Positions 1 through 12,225 of a DNA stretch of 64,000 nt are shown here, in pieces. The DNA comes from Octopus vulgaris. Taxonomy: Eukaryota. Within the stretch, counting starts at the first letter, position 1. Each line of letters starts with the position of its first letter. The notes under the pieces are model-generated. The model worked only from the letters and a program-made list of their open reading frames with translations. It had not been told where the DNA came from and did not search any database. Made by a program: the position numbers and the translations under genes. Location: the NCBI GenBank assembly GCA_951406725.2, contig OX597838.1:32426001-32490000 (forward strand), written 5' to 3'.

Positions 1-44
1 CACCACTCCCCGCTCACTCATTCACACATAGATAATCATGTGCA

Positions 45-172
45 CACACACACACACACACATACATACGCACACACACACACACACACATACGCACACA
101 CACACATATGCACACACACACACATATACGCACACACACACATACATACATACACACATACATACACACACA
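45..172. repeat. (CA)n/(CATA)n microsatellite
   Basis: Imperfect CA run read directly. Confidence 0.95.
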
Positions 173-520
173 TTCTTTACATTCCTTTATCTTGTGATTG
201 GTGCTTGTAACACTTAACGTGACAATCCCATTTATTATGAGTGTTGGTCACTACTGTATTTATGGATCTGGGTTACTAACCATTGTGGAATAACAACAAT
301 CCGTAGGCTTTGTCATTTGTTGTAGATACTCCGAGTGCCTGCATCTGCGCAATTACTTTTCGTGAAGCAGGCCTAAGAAATGATTTCTTTTCTTTTATTT
401 CTTTACCTTTCTTTGTCGAGCCCATCAGTTGCGAATAAATGCAGGATACCCCTGTCCACTCCTCTGGAGCACAGCTGATACAGCTAGCTACCAAGTCTGT
501 TGAAGGTATTACTGTTCGAA

Positions 521-1010
521 AAGGCAGCGAGCTGGCAGAAACGTTAGCACGCCGGGCGAAATGCTTAGCCATATTTCGTCTACCGTTACGTTCTGAGTTC
601 AAATTCCGCCGAGGTCGACTTTGCCTTACATCCTTTCGGGGTCGATTAAATATTAAATAAGTACTAGTTACACACTGGGGTCGATATAATCGACTTAATC
701 CATTTGTCTGTCCTTGTTTGTCCTCTCTGTGCTTAGCCCCTTGTGGGTAGTAAAGAAATAGGTATTACTGTTTGAAGGTAGCGAGCTGGCAGAAACGTTA
801 GCACGCCGGGCGAAATGCATAGCCGTATTTCGTCTACCGTTATGTTCTGAGTTCAAATTCCGCCGAGGTCGACTTTGCTTTTCATCCTTTCGGGGTCGAT
901 TAAATAAGTACCAGTTACATACTGGGGTCGATATAATCGACTTAATCCATTTGTCTGTCCTTGTTTGTCCTCTCTGTGTTTAGCCCCTTGTGGGTAGTAA
1001 AGAAATAGGT
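521..1010 (+). mobile_element. Two tandem copies of SINE family B (tRNA-like head, Nin/Deu-like central domain)
   Basis: ~240-bp units starting aaggcagcgagctggcagaaacgttagc and containing gcctttcatcctttcggggtcgat..aaataagtaccag. Direct repeat ggtattactgtt(c/t)gaa at ~505, ~761 and ~1008 (target-site duplication). Confidence 0.85.
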
Positions 1011-1289
1011 ATTACTGTTTGAACTCAAAGAATCCAAACACATACTGCAATGAGGGCAAACATTCCACTGGTCCCCTGCCTGTCACTGTTCTTTCTTTAT
1101 CAACATCAAAAGGATGAAATGCAGAGTTGACTTTTGGTGAGATCTAAACTCACATTGCCGACAGTCATAAGAAATACAAGGCACAGCCAGTATGTCTTTA
1201 CCCCTTGTTTAAAAAAAATGTAGGGTGTGATTTTGAGGGGGATTTGGCTGCTATTTTGTAGTAGACCAGAACAACCAACTGGCTTCCGT

Positions 1290-1745
1290 ACCTGTGGCAC
1301 GTAAAAGGGCACCATTCGAGCACGATCGTTACCAGCGTGCCTTACTGGCACTTGTGCCTGTGCTAGTTGGGTGCCAAGAGCACCATCCGAGCATGATCGT
1401 TGCCAGAGCAGCCAACTGGCGTCCGTACCCGTGGCACGTAAAAGGGCACGATTCGAGCGTGATCGTTACCAACGTTGCTTCACTGGCACCTGTGCCGGTG
1501 GCATGTGCAAAAAGATTCGAGTGAGGTCATTGCCAGTACCGCCTGACTGGTCCCCATGCCAGTGGCACGTAAAAAGCACCCACTACACTCTCGGAGTGGT
1601 TGGCATTAGGAAGGGCATCCAGCTGTAGAAACTCTGCCAGATCAAGATTGGAGCCTGGTGCAGCCATCTGGTTTGCCAGCCCTCAGTCAAAACGTTCAAC
1701 CCATGCTAGCATGGAAAGCGGATGTTAAACGATGATGATGATGAT
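1290..1745 (+). mobile_element. SINE family C (internal ~60-bp subrepeats, RTE-like motif, (GAT)n tail)
   Basis: Repeated tggcacgtaaaa(g)gcacc blocks, ggcattaggaagggcatccagctgtagaaac motif, gatgatgat tail; more than 8 copies in the window. Confidence 0.8.
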
Positions 1746-1956
1746 TAAAAAGTTCCAGCTGCTTGATTGCTATTTTATTTTATTGATCTCCAGAAACACA
1801 AAGTTGACTCCATCTTGATTTGAACAGATTGTTCTACTATTTGTTGAATCAATGGGTGAACCTCTCTGAGGTTGCTTAGCCTGCTAGAAAAAGCAGCTAT
1901 TGCACTCTACCACTTTGAATATCAAGACAGGACACATTCGATGATAATGTAGTTTT

Positions 1957-2390
1957 CATCTTCATCATCATCATCTGGTGAAGCTTGCTCAGATATTGTC
2001 TTTCAATTGCTAATTTCTTGTCTGTGGATGCTGGCCGTATCTTCATCATCATCATCTGGTAGAGCTTGCTTAGATAATGTCTTTCAATTGCTAATTTCTC
2101 GTCTATGGTTGCAGGTCCTATGGACGATTGCAGTGCTGGTCAAACCATGATTCATAAAAGTGTGATTTGTTCTGCAAAGTGGGATGAAATCCAGATACAA
2201 AGTATTTTATTGTATGTCATGCATTTCATTCCCGACTGCCACCCTACTTTCCTGGCAGGGTGGGTAACAGGTGCTAGGCCTTGCCAAAGGGCAACCTATG
2301 ATTTTGTATGGAACTGCTTCTTGAGTATTCACAGCTAGCCTGTATAAGCTACAGGTCATTCCCCTATCTGCAAACTGGGGACCCGATGAA
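1957..2390 (-). mobile_element. Probable non-LTR retroelement remnant with duplicated 3' end and (GAT)n tail
   Basis: ~80-bp block after the cat repeats occurs twice (1957-2040, 2041-2125); no recognisable protein. Confidence 0.35.
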
Positions 2391-2403
2391 TGGGAGTAAC
2401 CAT

Positions 2404-2640
2404 TAAAGACGGCAAGCTGGCAGAATTGTTAGCACACTGGGCGAAATGCTTAGCGATATTTTGTCTGCCGCTACGTTCTGAGTTCAAATTCCGCCGAGGT
2501 CGACTTTGCTTTTCATCCTTTCAGGGTCGATTAAATAAGTACCAGTTACGCACTGGGGTTGATATAATCAACTTAATCCATTTGTCTGTCCTTGTTTGTC
2601 CTCTCTGTGTTTAGCCCCTTGTGGGCAGTAAAGAAATAGG
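2404..2640 (+). mobile_element. SINE family B copy
   Basis: Same consensus as 521-1010; flanked by direct repeat gggagtaaccat. Confidence 0.85.
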
Positions 2641-2714
2641 GAGTAACCATCACCACACTATGGCAACTGTAGTCTTAGTCTTACTTATCCCTAATTAGGT
2701 GGTGTAATCATCAT

Positions 2715-3055
2715 CTTCATCATCATCGTTTAACGTCTGTCTTCCATGCTGGCATGGGTTGGACAGTTTGACTGGGGACTGGCAAGCCAGTAGGCTGCAC
2801 CAGGCTCGAAACAGATCTGGCGAGGTTTCCACAGCTGGATACCCTTCCTAACGCCAACCATTCCGAGAGTGTAGTGGGTACTTTTTTATGTGCCACTAGC
2901 ACAGAAGCCAGTCAGGTGGCACTGGCATCGACCACGTTCGGATGGTGCTTTTTATGTGTCACCAGCACAGGGAGTCAGTCAGATGGTACTGGCATCAACC
3001 CACACTTGAATGGTGCTTATTACATGCTACCAGAACGGAACCAGTCAGGCGGCAC
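2715..3055 (-). mobile_element. SINE family C copy
   Basis: Reverse complement of the 1290-1745 consensus with (cat)n tail. Confidence 0.75.
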
Positions 3056-3379
3056 AATATGCAATGCTATTGAGTAGGGGTCTGGTTCAGCCTGGGGCTA
3101 AACAACAACTTGACTGTTGACTGGTTTAACCCTTCGGTGTTCAGATTACTATATCAGATGTAATGTTTATTTCTTTTATCTTTTACTTGTTTCAGTCATT
3201 AGACTGTGGCCATGCTGGGGCACTGCTTTGAAGAACTTTTAGTCAAACGAATCAAACCTACTGCTTATTTTTCTTTTTATATCTGGTACTAATTCTATCA
3301 GTTTTTTTTGCCAAACTGTTTAGTTATGGGGACATAAACACACCAACACCAGTTGTCAAGTGGTGGTTGGGGACAGACT

Positions 3380-3632
3380 TGTGCCGGTGGCATGTGTAAA
3401 AAGATTCGAGCGAGGTCATTGTCAGTACTGCCTGACTGGCACTGTGCTGGTGGCACATAAAAAGCACCCACTACACTCTCAGAGTGGTTGGCGTTAGGAA
3501 GGGCATCCAGCTGTAGAAACTCTGCCAGATCAAGATTGGAGCCTGGTGCGGCCGTCTGGTTCGCCAGCCCTCAGTCAAAATCGTCCAACCCATGCTAACA
3601 TGGAAGGTGGACGTTAAACAATGATGATGATC
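3380..3632 (+). mobile_element. SINE family C 3' half
   Basis: ggcgttaggaagggcatccagctgtagaaac motif and gat tail. Confidence 0.8.
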
Positions 3633-4089
3633 ATCATGAAAGGAAAAAAGTAAAGTTGATCACAGTAGGAAATGTGTAACATCCTCCACCCCTCTCATTG
3701 GTTTTCAACTCATGAATGCCACAAGAAAATGGTCAGTCTGCAACAGCTGGTTGACTGTATATAAAAAAAATCAGATGACTTATTGGATTTCAAGACTTCT
3801 TTGTTCTAATTGTTGGCTTTTCTGGTAAATGCTGTGTCTAATGTAGAGAGAGTGGGGTTTGATTCCATGTTTAAATGTCATTGTATTTAGCTATAAGGTA
3901 CAGGCATGGCTTGTGGTAAGCAGGTTGCTTCCCAACCACGTGGTCCTGGGTTCAGTCCCACTGCGGAGCACCTTGGGCAAAGTGTCTTCTACTGTAGCCC
4001 CAGGCTGACCGAGGCCCTGTGAGTGGATTTGGTGGACAGAAATTGAAAGAAGTTTGTCAGGTGTGTGTGTGTGTGTGTCTTTTTTTTAT

Positions 4090-4775
4090 TTTTTTTACTT
4101 GTTTCAGTCATTTGACTGTGGCCATGCTGGAGCACTGCCTTTAGTCAAGCAAATCAGCCCCAGGACTTATTCTTTGTAAGCCTAGTACTTTTTCTATCGG
4201 TCTCTTTTGCTGAACTGCTAAATTACGGGGGATGTAAACACACCAGCATCGGTTGTCAAGCAATGTTGGGGGTACAAACACAAACACACACACACATATA
4301 TATATATACATATATACGACAGGCTTCTTTCAGTTTCCGTCTACCAAATCCGCTCACAAGGCTTTGGTCGGCCCGAGGCTATAGTAGAAGACACTTGTCC
4401 AAAGTGCCACGCATTAGGACTGAACCCGGAACCATGTTGTTGGTAAGCAAGCTACTTACCACACAGCCGCTCCTGCGCCTATAAAACATAAAGACAGACG
4501 AAATACCATTAAGCATTTCACCCAGTGCACTAATGTTTCTGGTAAGATATATATATATATATATATATACTCTTTACTCTTTTACTTGTTTCAGTCATTT
4601 GACTGCGGCCATGCTGGAGCACCGCCTTTAGTCAAGCAAATCGACCCCGGAACTTATTCTTTGTAAGCCCAGTACTTATTCTATCGGTCTCTTGCCAAAC
4701 CGCTAAGTGACGGGGACGTAAACACACCAGCATCGGTTGTCAAGCAATGTTAGGGGAACAAACACAGACACACAA

Positions 4776-4806
<31 letters not shown>

Positions 4807-5045
4807 CATATATACAACAGGCTTCTTTCAGTTTCCGTCTACCAAATCCACTCACAAGGCATTGGTCGGCCCGGGGCTATAGCAGAAGACACTTGCCCAA
4901 GATGCCACGCAGTGGGACTGAACCCGGAACCATGTGGTTGGTAAGCAAGCTACTTACCACACAGCGCTCCTGCGCCTATAAAACATAAAGACAGATGAAA
5001 TACCATTAAGCATTTCACCCAGTGCACTAATGTTTCTACTAAGAT
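4090..5045 (-). mobile_element. Two SINE family A copies (tRNA-like head, CORE-like body, internal TA/CA microsatellite) in a ~490-bp tandem duplication
   Basis: Consensus aggcgcaggagtggctgtgtggtaagtagcttg...ccttgggcaagtgtc...gactgaaacaagtaaaagag on the minus strand twice. The adjacent flank taaaacataaagacaga..aaataccattaagcatttcacccagtgcac is also duplicated. Confidence 0.85.
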
Positions 5046-5057
5046 ATATATATATAT

Positions 5058-5355
5058 GTGGAGGCGCAATGGCCTAGTGGTTAGGGCAGCGGACTCGCGG
5101 TCGTAGGATCGCGGTTTTGATCGCGGTTGTGAGTGTTTATTGAGCGAAAACACCTAAAACTCCACGAGGCTCTGGCAGGGGGTGGTGGTGACCCCTGCTG
5201 TATACTTTCGCCACAACTTTCTCTCACTCTTTCTTCTGTTCGCCTGCTCGCTTAGCCAGCGGGGTGGTGTCATTTGAAGGCTAAAACAATGCGAAGCGCA
5301 TTGTGACCAGCGATGTGTAGCAACATCTGATACCTGGTCGGTCACGGTGATCACG

Positions 5356-5360
<5 letters not shown>
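5058..5360 (+). mobile_element. SINE family D (tRNA-derived head)
   Basis: A-box-like tggcctagtggttagggc head and cacggtgat tail; near-identical copies at 9272 and 20915. Confidence 0.85.
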
Positions 5361-5395
<35 letters not shown>

Positions 5396-5589
5396 ATTTA
5401 AAACAGCTTGATTCAGATCCATGTGACTTAAAGTTTTGCTGAGCTGTAAACATAAATATCCACATTATTGAAATCTCAAAGTTATGAAATAACGCATGAT
5501 TAATTCAAAGCAATGTGAATAAATAAGCATTACACTCTGAATGCCAAAGGGTTAATTGATAGTAATGATGATGATGATGATGATGATGA

Positions 5590-6030
5590 TGGCTCAGTGA
5601 TTAGAGCATCAAGCTCACAATCAGGAGGTAGTCAGTTCGATTCCCGGACCAGGCTGGTCTTCTATAAACAACCTTGCCTGGACTTGTGCCTTGGAGGGGA
5701 ACTTTCTAGGTGCAATCCCATGGTCATTCATGGCGAAAATGGGTCTTTGTGAGTTTGATTCCTGGACTGGGCTGCGTGTTGTGTTCTTGAGCAAGACACT
5801 TTATTTCATGTTGCTCCAGTTCACTCAGCTGTAGAATGAGTTGCGACATCACAGGTGCCAAGCTGTATCGGCCCCTTTGCCTTTCCCTTGGATAACATTG
5901 GTGGCGTGGAGAAGGGAGGCTGGTATGCATGGATGACCGCTGGTCTTCCATAAACAACCTTGTCTGGACTTGTGCCTTGGAGGGGAACATTCTAGGTGCA
6001 ATCTTTACCTGATGATGGTCATGATGACAG
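5590..6030 (+). mobile_element. SINE family E (tRNA head, Meta/V-like domain), rearranged double copy
   Basis: ggctcagtgattagagc..gttcgattcccgg head and gtgttcttgagcaagacactttatttc..cactcagctgtag domain; relatives at 16105, 25790, 46780 and 52090. Confidence 0.75.
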
Positions 6031-6627
6031 AAACCTATCAACATGGGCAAGTTTAATTAGTGTTAATGATCTGACAAAGTAGTTAGGGTGCTTCCACTAA
6101 AGAGGGACTTTCTGCCGAGGCAACAAGAGAGTCTCTGCGGAGCCAATAAGGGAACGTCCGCTGAGGCAGAAAGAATATTTCACTGGGGCAGAGGGGGACC
6201 TTCTTCTGTGCTAATTAGAAAGCTTTTTACTTTGATTGGAAACTGGTGAGGGTTGACAACAAGACATACATTCTGGCCCTAGAAAATCCACCTCTGTAAG
6301 CTCTGTCTGACCCAGGTATGTATGGAAATGTGGACATTTAAATGATGAGGACAATAATGATGTGTGTATGTGTACTGCAAAATAGTGGCTGTTTTTTTTA
6401 TCTACTAATGGTTTTGTGTGTGTATGTGTGTGTGTGTGAGAGAGAATGGGAGGCTTGTGTCATATCTTAGCCACTGTGATCTCCAAGTGGGCACTTAAAA
6501 CAATTGGCGGTGACCTCTTATAGAGTAAGCTGTATCGTGACCGAATGTGTGTGTGTGTGTGTGTGTAAATTTAAACATCTGTTTGTGTGTATACACATTT
6601 GTGTTGTAGGTTGTGTATGAGCATATG

Positions 6628-6705
<78 letters not shown>

Positions 6706-6824
6706 TGTATGTTAGATTATAATAAGTGTAAGAAACCAGCTCTTCATTAAATTGTGTTTGTTGAAATCAGAGCACAACTGTCTCTGCCTCTTACTTTCAC
6801 TTCTTTTTCTTCTTTACTCTCCTT

Positions 6825-6869
<45 letters not shown>

Positions 6870-7925
6870 GGTAATGTAAAAAATGTATACAAGTGTATTT
6901 ACACACACTCACATGCATACACATGTACTTATAAAAGAAACCCTATGTGGCTGTGTGGTTAAGAAGCTTGCTTTGCAACTACATGATTCCGGGTTTCAGT
7001 CCCACTACAGGCTGCCACTTTGGGAAAGTGTCTTCTACTATAGCCCTGGGCACCAACTATTGCATTCTGAGTAGATTTGGTTGATGGAAATTGTGTGAAG
7101 CCCATCACATCATGCACACACACAAACACACAGTTCATCATTTTTGCATCATTTAACATCCGTTTTCCATGCTGGTATGGGTTGGATGGTTTGACAGGAG
7201 CTGCCCAGACACCATGTCAGTTTTGACATATATATATATTTATAAGTGTGTCTGTGACTGCATTTGTTCTCCACACTGCTTGAGAAATGGTGTGGGTTTG
7301 TTTACATCCCCAAAACTTAGCTGTTTGACTGAACAGACTGATAGAATAAGTAACTGGCTTCAAAAGATTAAACATCATATATACATGTACACACACATAC
7401 ACATTTATATATATATATGTATATATTCTTTTATTCTTTTACTTGTTTCAGTCATTTGACTGTGGCCATGTTGGAGCACCACCTTTAGTCAAACGAATTG
7501 ACCCCAGAACTTATTCTTTGTAAGCCTAGTACTTATTCTATTGGACGCTTTGTTGAACCGCTAAGTTACGGGGACGTAGACACACCAAGCATTGGTTGTC
7601 AAGCGATGGTGGGGAGACCGACACAGACACAGACACAAACATATATGGACGCACTCACACACATATGATATATACGACGGGCTTCTTTCAGTTTCCGTCT
7701 ACCAAATCCACTCATTTATAATCTTCCATGAAAATTCATCTGGTCATTGGGAATTATTAGCTCCCTTGGAAACAGATGAGGATTGACATCAGACGGAGCA
7801 TCCAGCTGTAGAAAATCTACCTCAAAGAAATGCATAGACGAGTGGACATTAAAATCATAATGACGATGACATTTTCTGTTTCCTTGTGTAAACAAAATTC
7901 TCATTTGCTTGCTTTAGGTGATAGA

Positions 7926-8883
7926 TTAACCCTTTAGCATTCAAAACATCCATATCAGGCCAAAAAACTTAGCAGTTCAGCAGAAGATACCGATAGAATA
8001 AGTACTAGGCTTACAAAGAATAAGTCCTGGGGGTCGATTCGATTCGACTAAAGGTGGTGCTCCAGCATGGCCGCAGTCAAACCAGACAGATCTGGCCTCT
8101 CGCACCTTCCCTACAATGTTATTCCAAAAAAAAAAAACAGTCATGCCATCAAAATTTCAAAGCTGTGAGATAATGCATGATTAGTTCAAAACCATGTGAA
8201 TTAATAAGCCATTACATTTTACAGAATAATCTGAGTGCTAAAGGGTTAAACCAGCCATGCCTGGTCCAACTATTATATTTTATGTTCATACCGGCCAGAT
8301 CTGGTCTCTCACACCTACCCTATAATGTCATTCCAAAATTATACAATCGCATCATGGGAATCTTGAAGCTATGAGTTAATGCAGGATTAGTTCAAAACAA
8401 TGTGAATAAATAATATAGGCGCAAGAGTGGCTGTGTGGTAAGTAGCTTGCTTACCAACCACATGGTTCCGGGTTCAGTCCCACTGCGTGGTATCTTGGGC
8501 AAGTGTCTTCTGCTATAGCCCCGGGCCGACCAATGCCTTGTGAGTGGATTTGGTAGACGGAAACTGAAAGAAGCCTGTCGTATATATGTATATATATGTA
8601 TATGTATGTATGTGTGTGTGTTTGTGTGTCTGTGTTTGTCCCCCCAACATAGCTTGACAACCGATGCTGGTGTGTTTACGTCCCCGTCACTTAGCGGTTC
8701 GGCAAAAGAGACCGATAGAATAAGTACTGAGCTTACAAAAGAATAAGTCCCGGGGTCGATTTGCTCGACTAAAGGCGGTGCTCCAGCATGGCCGCAGTCA
8801 AATGACTGAAACAAGTAAAAGAGTAAAAAGAGAGTAAATAAGCTTTACATTTGACAGAATAATCTGAACGCTAAAAGGGTTAA
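7926..8883. mobile_element. piggyBac-type MITE family F, two tandem copies interrupted by SINE A
   Basis: TTAA-cc(c)tttagcatt ... aatgctaaaggg-TTAA termini; body matches other F copies. Confidence 0.75.
8418..8835 (+). mobile_element. SINE family A, full length
   Basis: Complete consensus inserted in MITE F. Confidence 0.9.
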
Positions 8884-9110
8884 ACTTGTCTCCTCTGCTC
8901 TTGCCACAATAAAAGTGCTTCCATCTTATTCTTGGTTGAGTTAACAATAGGAAGAAATACCATCCAGCTGTGGAAAAAAAAAAAAAAAAACTATAATAGT
9001 ATAAGGACAGGAAAAAAGTGCCTTATCTTAAACTTGCCGACAATAAATATTGAGCTATGAATTACACATACACAGATATACACAGACACACACAGAGATA
9101 TACATCCAAA

Positions 9111-9144
<34 letters not shown>

Positions 9145-9146
<2 letters not shown>

Positions 9147-9586
9147 CCATCACGTGACCGACCAGTCCATCAGATGTAGTTACACATCGCTGGTCACAAT
9201 GCGTTCGCATTGTTTTAGCCTTCGAATGACGCCATCCCGCTGGCTAAGCGAGCAGGCCATATATATATATATGGAGGTGCAATGACCCAGTGGTTAGGGC
9301 AGCGGACTCACGGTCGTAGGATTGCGGTTTCGATTTCCAGACTGGGCGTTGTGAGTGTTTATTGAACAAAAACACCTAAAAGCTTCACGAGGCTCTGGCA
9401 GGGGGTGGTGGCGATCCCTGCTGTACTCTTTTGCCACAACTTTTCTCTCACTCTTTCTTCTGTTGGCCTGCTCACTTAGCCAGCGGGGTGGCGTCATTCG
9501 AAGGCTAAAACAATGCAAAGCGCATTGTGACCAGCGATGTGTAGCAACATCTGAAAGCCTGGTTGGTCATGGTGATCACGGTGACA
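9145..9586 (+). mobile_element. SINE family D copy (9272-9586) preceded by an inverted 3' fragment (9145-9260)
   Basis: 9145-9260 is the reverse complement of the 3' third of family D. Confidence 0.8.
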
Positions 9587-9763
9587 TATATATATCATTA
9601 TCATCATCATTGTTTAATGTCTGTTTTCCATGATGGCATGGGTTGGATGGTCTGACAGGAGTTGGCCAGTCAGGGAGCTGTCCAGACTCCAGTTGTCTTT
9701 TGTACCCATGTACAGCAGATCATCACAACTCCTGGTCCCTTATATATATATGTGTATATAACT

Positions 9764-9930
9764 AGGCACAGGTGTGGCTGTGTGCTAAGAAGCTTGCTTT
9801 CCAACCACATGGTTCCAAGTTCAGTCCCACTGCGTGGCACCTTAGACAAGTCAAGTGTCTTCTTCTATAGCCTCGGGCCTACCAAAGCCTTGTGAGTGGA
9901 TTTGGTAGACAGAAACTGAAAAAAGCCCAT

Positions 9931-9980
<50 letters not shown>

Positions 9981-10205
9981 CATACACATGTACGTCTGTG
10001 CGTGTATTTGTGTGTATGTGTTTCTGGGGCCCCCCCCCCCACCATTGCTTGACAACCAGTGTTGGTGTGTTTACGTCCCCGTAACATAGCGATTCATAGG
10101 ATAGAATAAGTACTAGGCTTACAAAGGATAAGTCATGGAGTTGAATTGTTTGACTAAAGGCAGTGCTCCAGCATAGCCACAGTCAAATGACTGAAACAAG
10201 TGAAA
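9764..10205 (+). mobile_element. SINE family A copy
   Basis: Matches consensus. Confidence 0.85.
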
Positions 10206-10267
10206 GAATAATAGAAAATAATAATAGAATAATAGAAAATAATAAATAAATATATATATATATATTT

Positions 10268-10478
10268 TCGGTATGTTTACCTCGTGAAGACCACTCGCGT
10301 TTTTTTTCCCTCTGTCCTCCCACCTCGGGATCTTTCTTTCTCTTATGTTTCCGACGAAGAGCTCCGCTCGAAACGTCATACCCTCCTTCTTCCCTTTTTT
10401 CCTGAGCGCCTAATAATACTTTAATTGTTCCACCTCCTTGCGTTGTTGTCTTTTTTGTTTTCTTGTTTGGATTAACTT
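10268..10478 (+). mobile_element. Penelope-like element terminal (pLTR) fragment with minimal hammerhead-like motif
   Basis: CCGACGAA-GAGC-tcc-GCTC-GAAACGTC at 10351-10378; second copy on the minus strand at 27435-27622. Confidence 0.6.
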
Positions 10479-10990
10479 TATATATATATACTCACACACA
10501 GACATACACAAATTGCACACACACATGTATATACACTCTCTGCCTTGTTATTTAGTAAGGAAAATGGAAAACCTTTCTTAGCTTCTAGAAGAAAGACTGG
10601 GTCCCAAATCCCTCTTTCATTGGTGTTTAAACCCTACAAATTTTATACTTTACCAATACTCCCATACACACGCAACCTGAAATATTGTAAAAAAAAAATG
10701 TCCCTAGATGTATTGTATCATCATCATCACCATCATCATCATTTAATGTCCCTGTTCCATGCTGGCATGGGTTGGATGGTTTGACAAGATCTGACTGCAT
10801 CATGCTTCAATATCAGCTTTGACATAGTTTTTCTGGTTGAGTGCCCTTCTTAATGCCAACCACTTTACAGCGTGTACTGGGTGCTGGTTTTCATGTTGCA
10901 CTACTAGTGAAGTTACCATGTGGCTTGCAAGATTATGATCCCTGAGAAAGGTGGTTTTATGCTCAGAGATGAGGGGGTTGAAGTATGAGA

Positions 10991-11132
10991 AAAGGGGCCA
11001 GACAGGAACAGGTTTTTTGCTGCAAAGGGGCGAGACAGGAACAGGTTTTTTGCTGCAAAGGGGCGAGACAGGAACAGGTTTTTTGCTGCTAAGGGGCCAG
11101 ACAGGAACAGGTTTCTTGCTGCAAAGGGGCCA
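10991..11132. repeat. 33-bp minisatellite, ~4 copies
   Basis: Unit aaaggggc(c/g)agacaggaacaggttttttgctgc. Confidence 0.95.
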
Positions 11133-11915
11133 CATGAGTACTTGGAATTTAGAAGAGAGAATGGATAGTGAGGGATAAGGGTAGAACTGGAAAGAGATAA
11201 AAGTAGTGGTGATGACATATCTGGGTGAACCCTTAAGATATGAGATGTTTTGTCTTGGTATAAAAGATGGGCTACAGCAAATATTCTGCTCAATTCCACA
11301 GATTTACTTGTTATTTGTTTGACCTTAACCAGTTAACCATGTCCCTAAGTGGCTGACGATATGTGCATCTCTGATCACAAGCAGAAGTAGTGGGGACGCA
11401 TCATAGCCATGTGTTGAGAGGGATTCTTTGGGGTTTGAATAATGGTGTTTCAAAATGTGTGATAAAAAGGAATAAAAAATAGACACATTTGTCCAATCTC
11501 AGGTAAAAATTAAAATCATCAATGTCCCCATTGTGACTCCATAGCAAAATCCATACTTGAACTCAAATTATATTCACACATTCAACACAAGTTGATGCAG
11601 CTTCATTTTTTTCTCTAATCCTTTTTCTTTTTTTATAATCCTTTCCGTCATACACTTATATATTGAAATTGATGGAAGTGACCAAGATCATTCTTTCAAA
11701 TAAGACAGTAAGCTGGTAAAATCACTACCACACTGGTCAAAATGCTCAAAGGTTCTCCATCTGTCTTTACATTTTGAGTTCAAATTCTGCTGGGGTCCAC
11801 TTTACTGTTCGTCCTTTTAGGGACATTAAAATAAGTATTAGTCAAGCACTAGGAGGTCAATGTAATTGTCTAGTCACCCCCTCCCACAAATTTCAGGCAT
11901 TATGCCTGTTGTAGA

Positions 11916-11960
<45 letters not shown>

Positions 11961-11961
<1 letters not shown>

Positions 11962-12225
11962 GAGTGAGAGAGCAGTGCATGCCATCAAAGTGACACTGGG
12001 ATAAAATATACGAAGCCCAGTATACCCATCGTGACTACCTGTCTGATAATGGTACAATAGGTACATGCATCACAACCATATGTGTACGACATGGTGATCT
12101 CATATCAAGATAAACAGCACACGACTTTGCAGGTAGGGCCCAGTTAGAATTTTCTTCTGGTTGAGTAACCCATACCGCTCAAAAGGTCCCTGAATAAGGG
12201 TTGTTTAAGGGTGTTGAACGAAACA
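11961..12225 (-). mobile_element. (TAA)n-tailed non-autonomous element, partial copy
   Basis: Matches 39831-40090 and abuts an (att)n run at 11919-11961; another piece lies inverted at ~11245-11445. Confidence 0.7.

Noticed and set aside
405-500. Possible exon (pyrimidine tract on +; AG|GTAAAG donor on -)
   Set aside because: Stops in + frames, weak acceptor on -, no recognisable peptide.
5058-5135. tRNA-like sequences at SINE heads
   Set aside because: They continue into SINE bodies and lack a complete cloverleaf; not tRNA genes.
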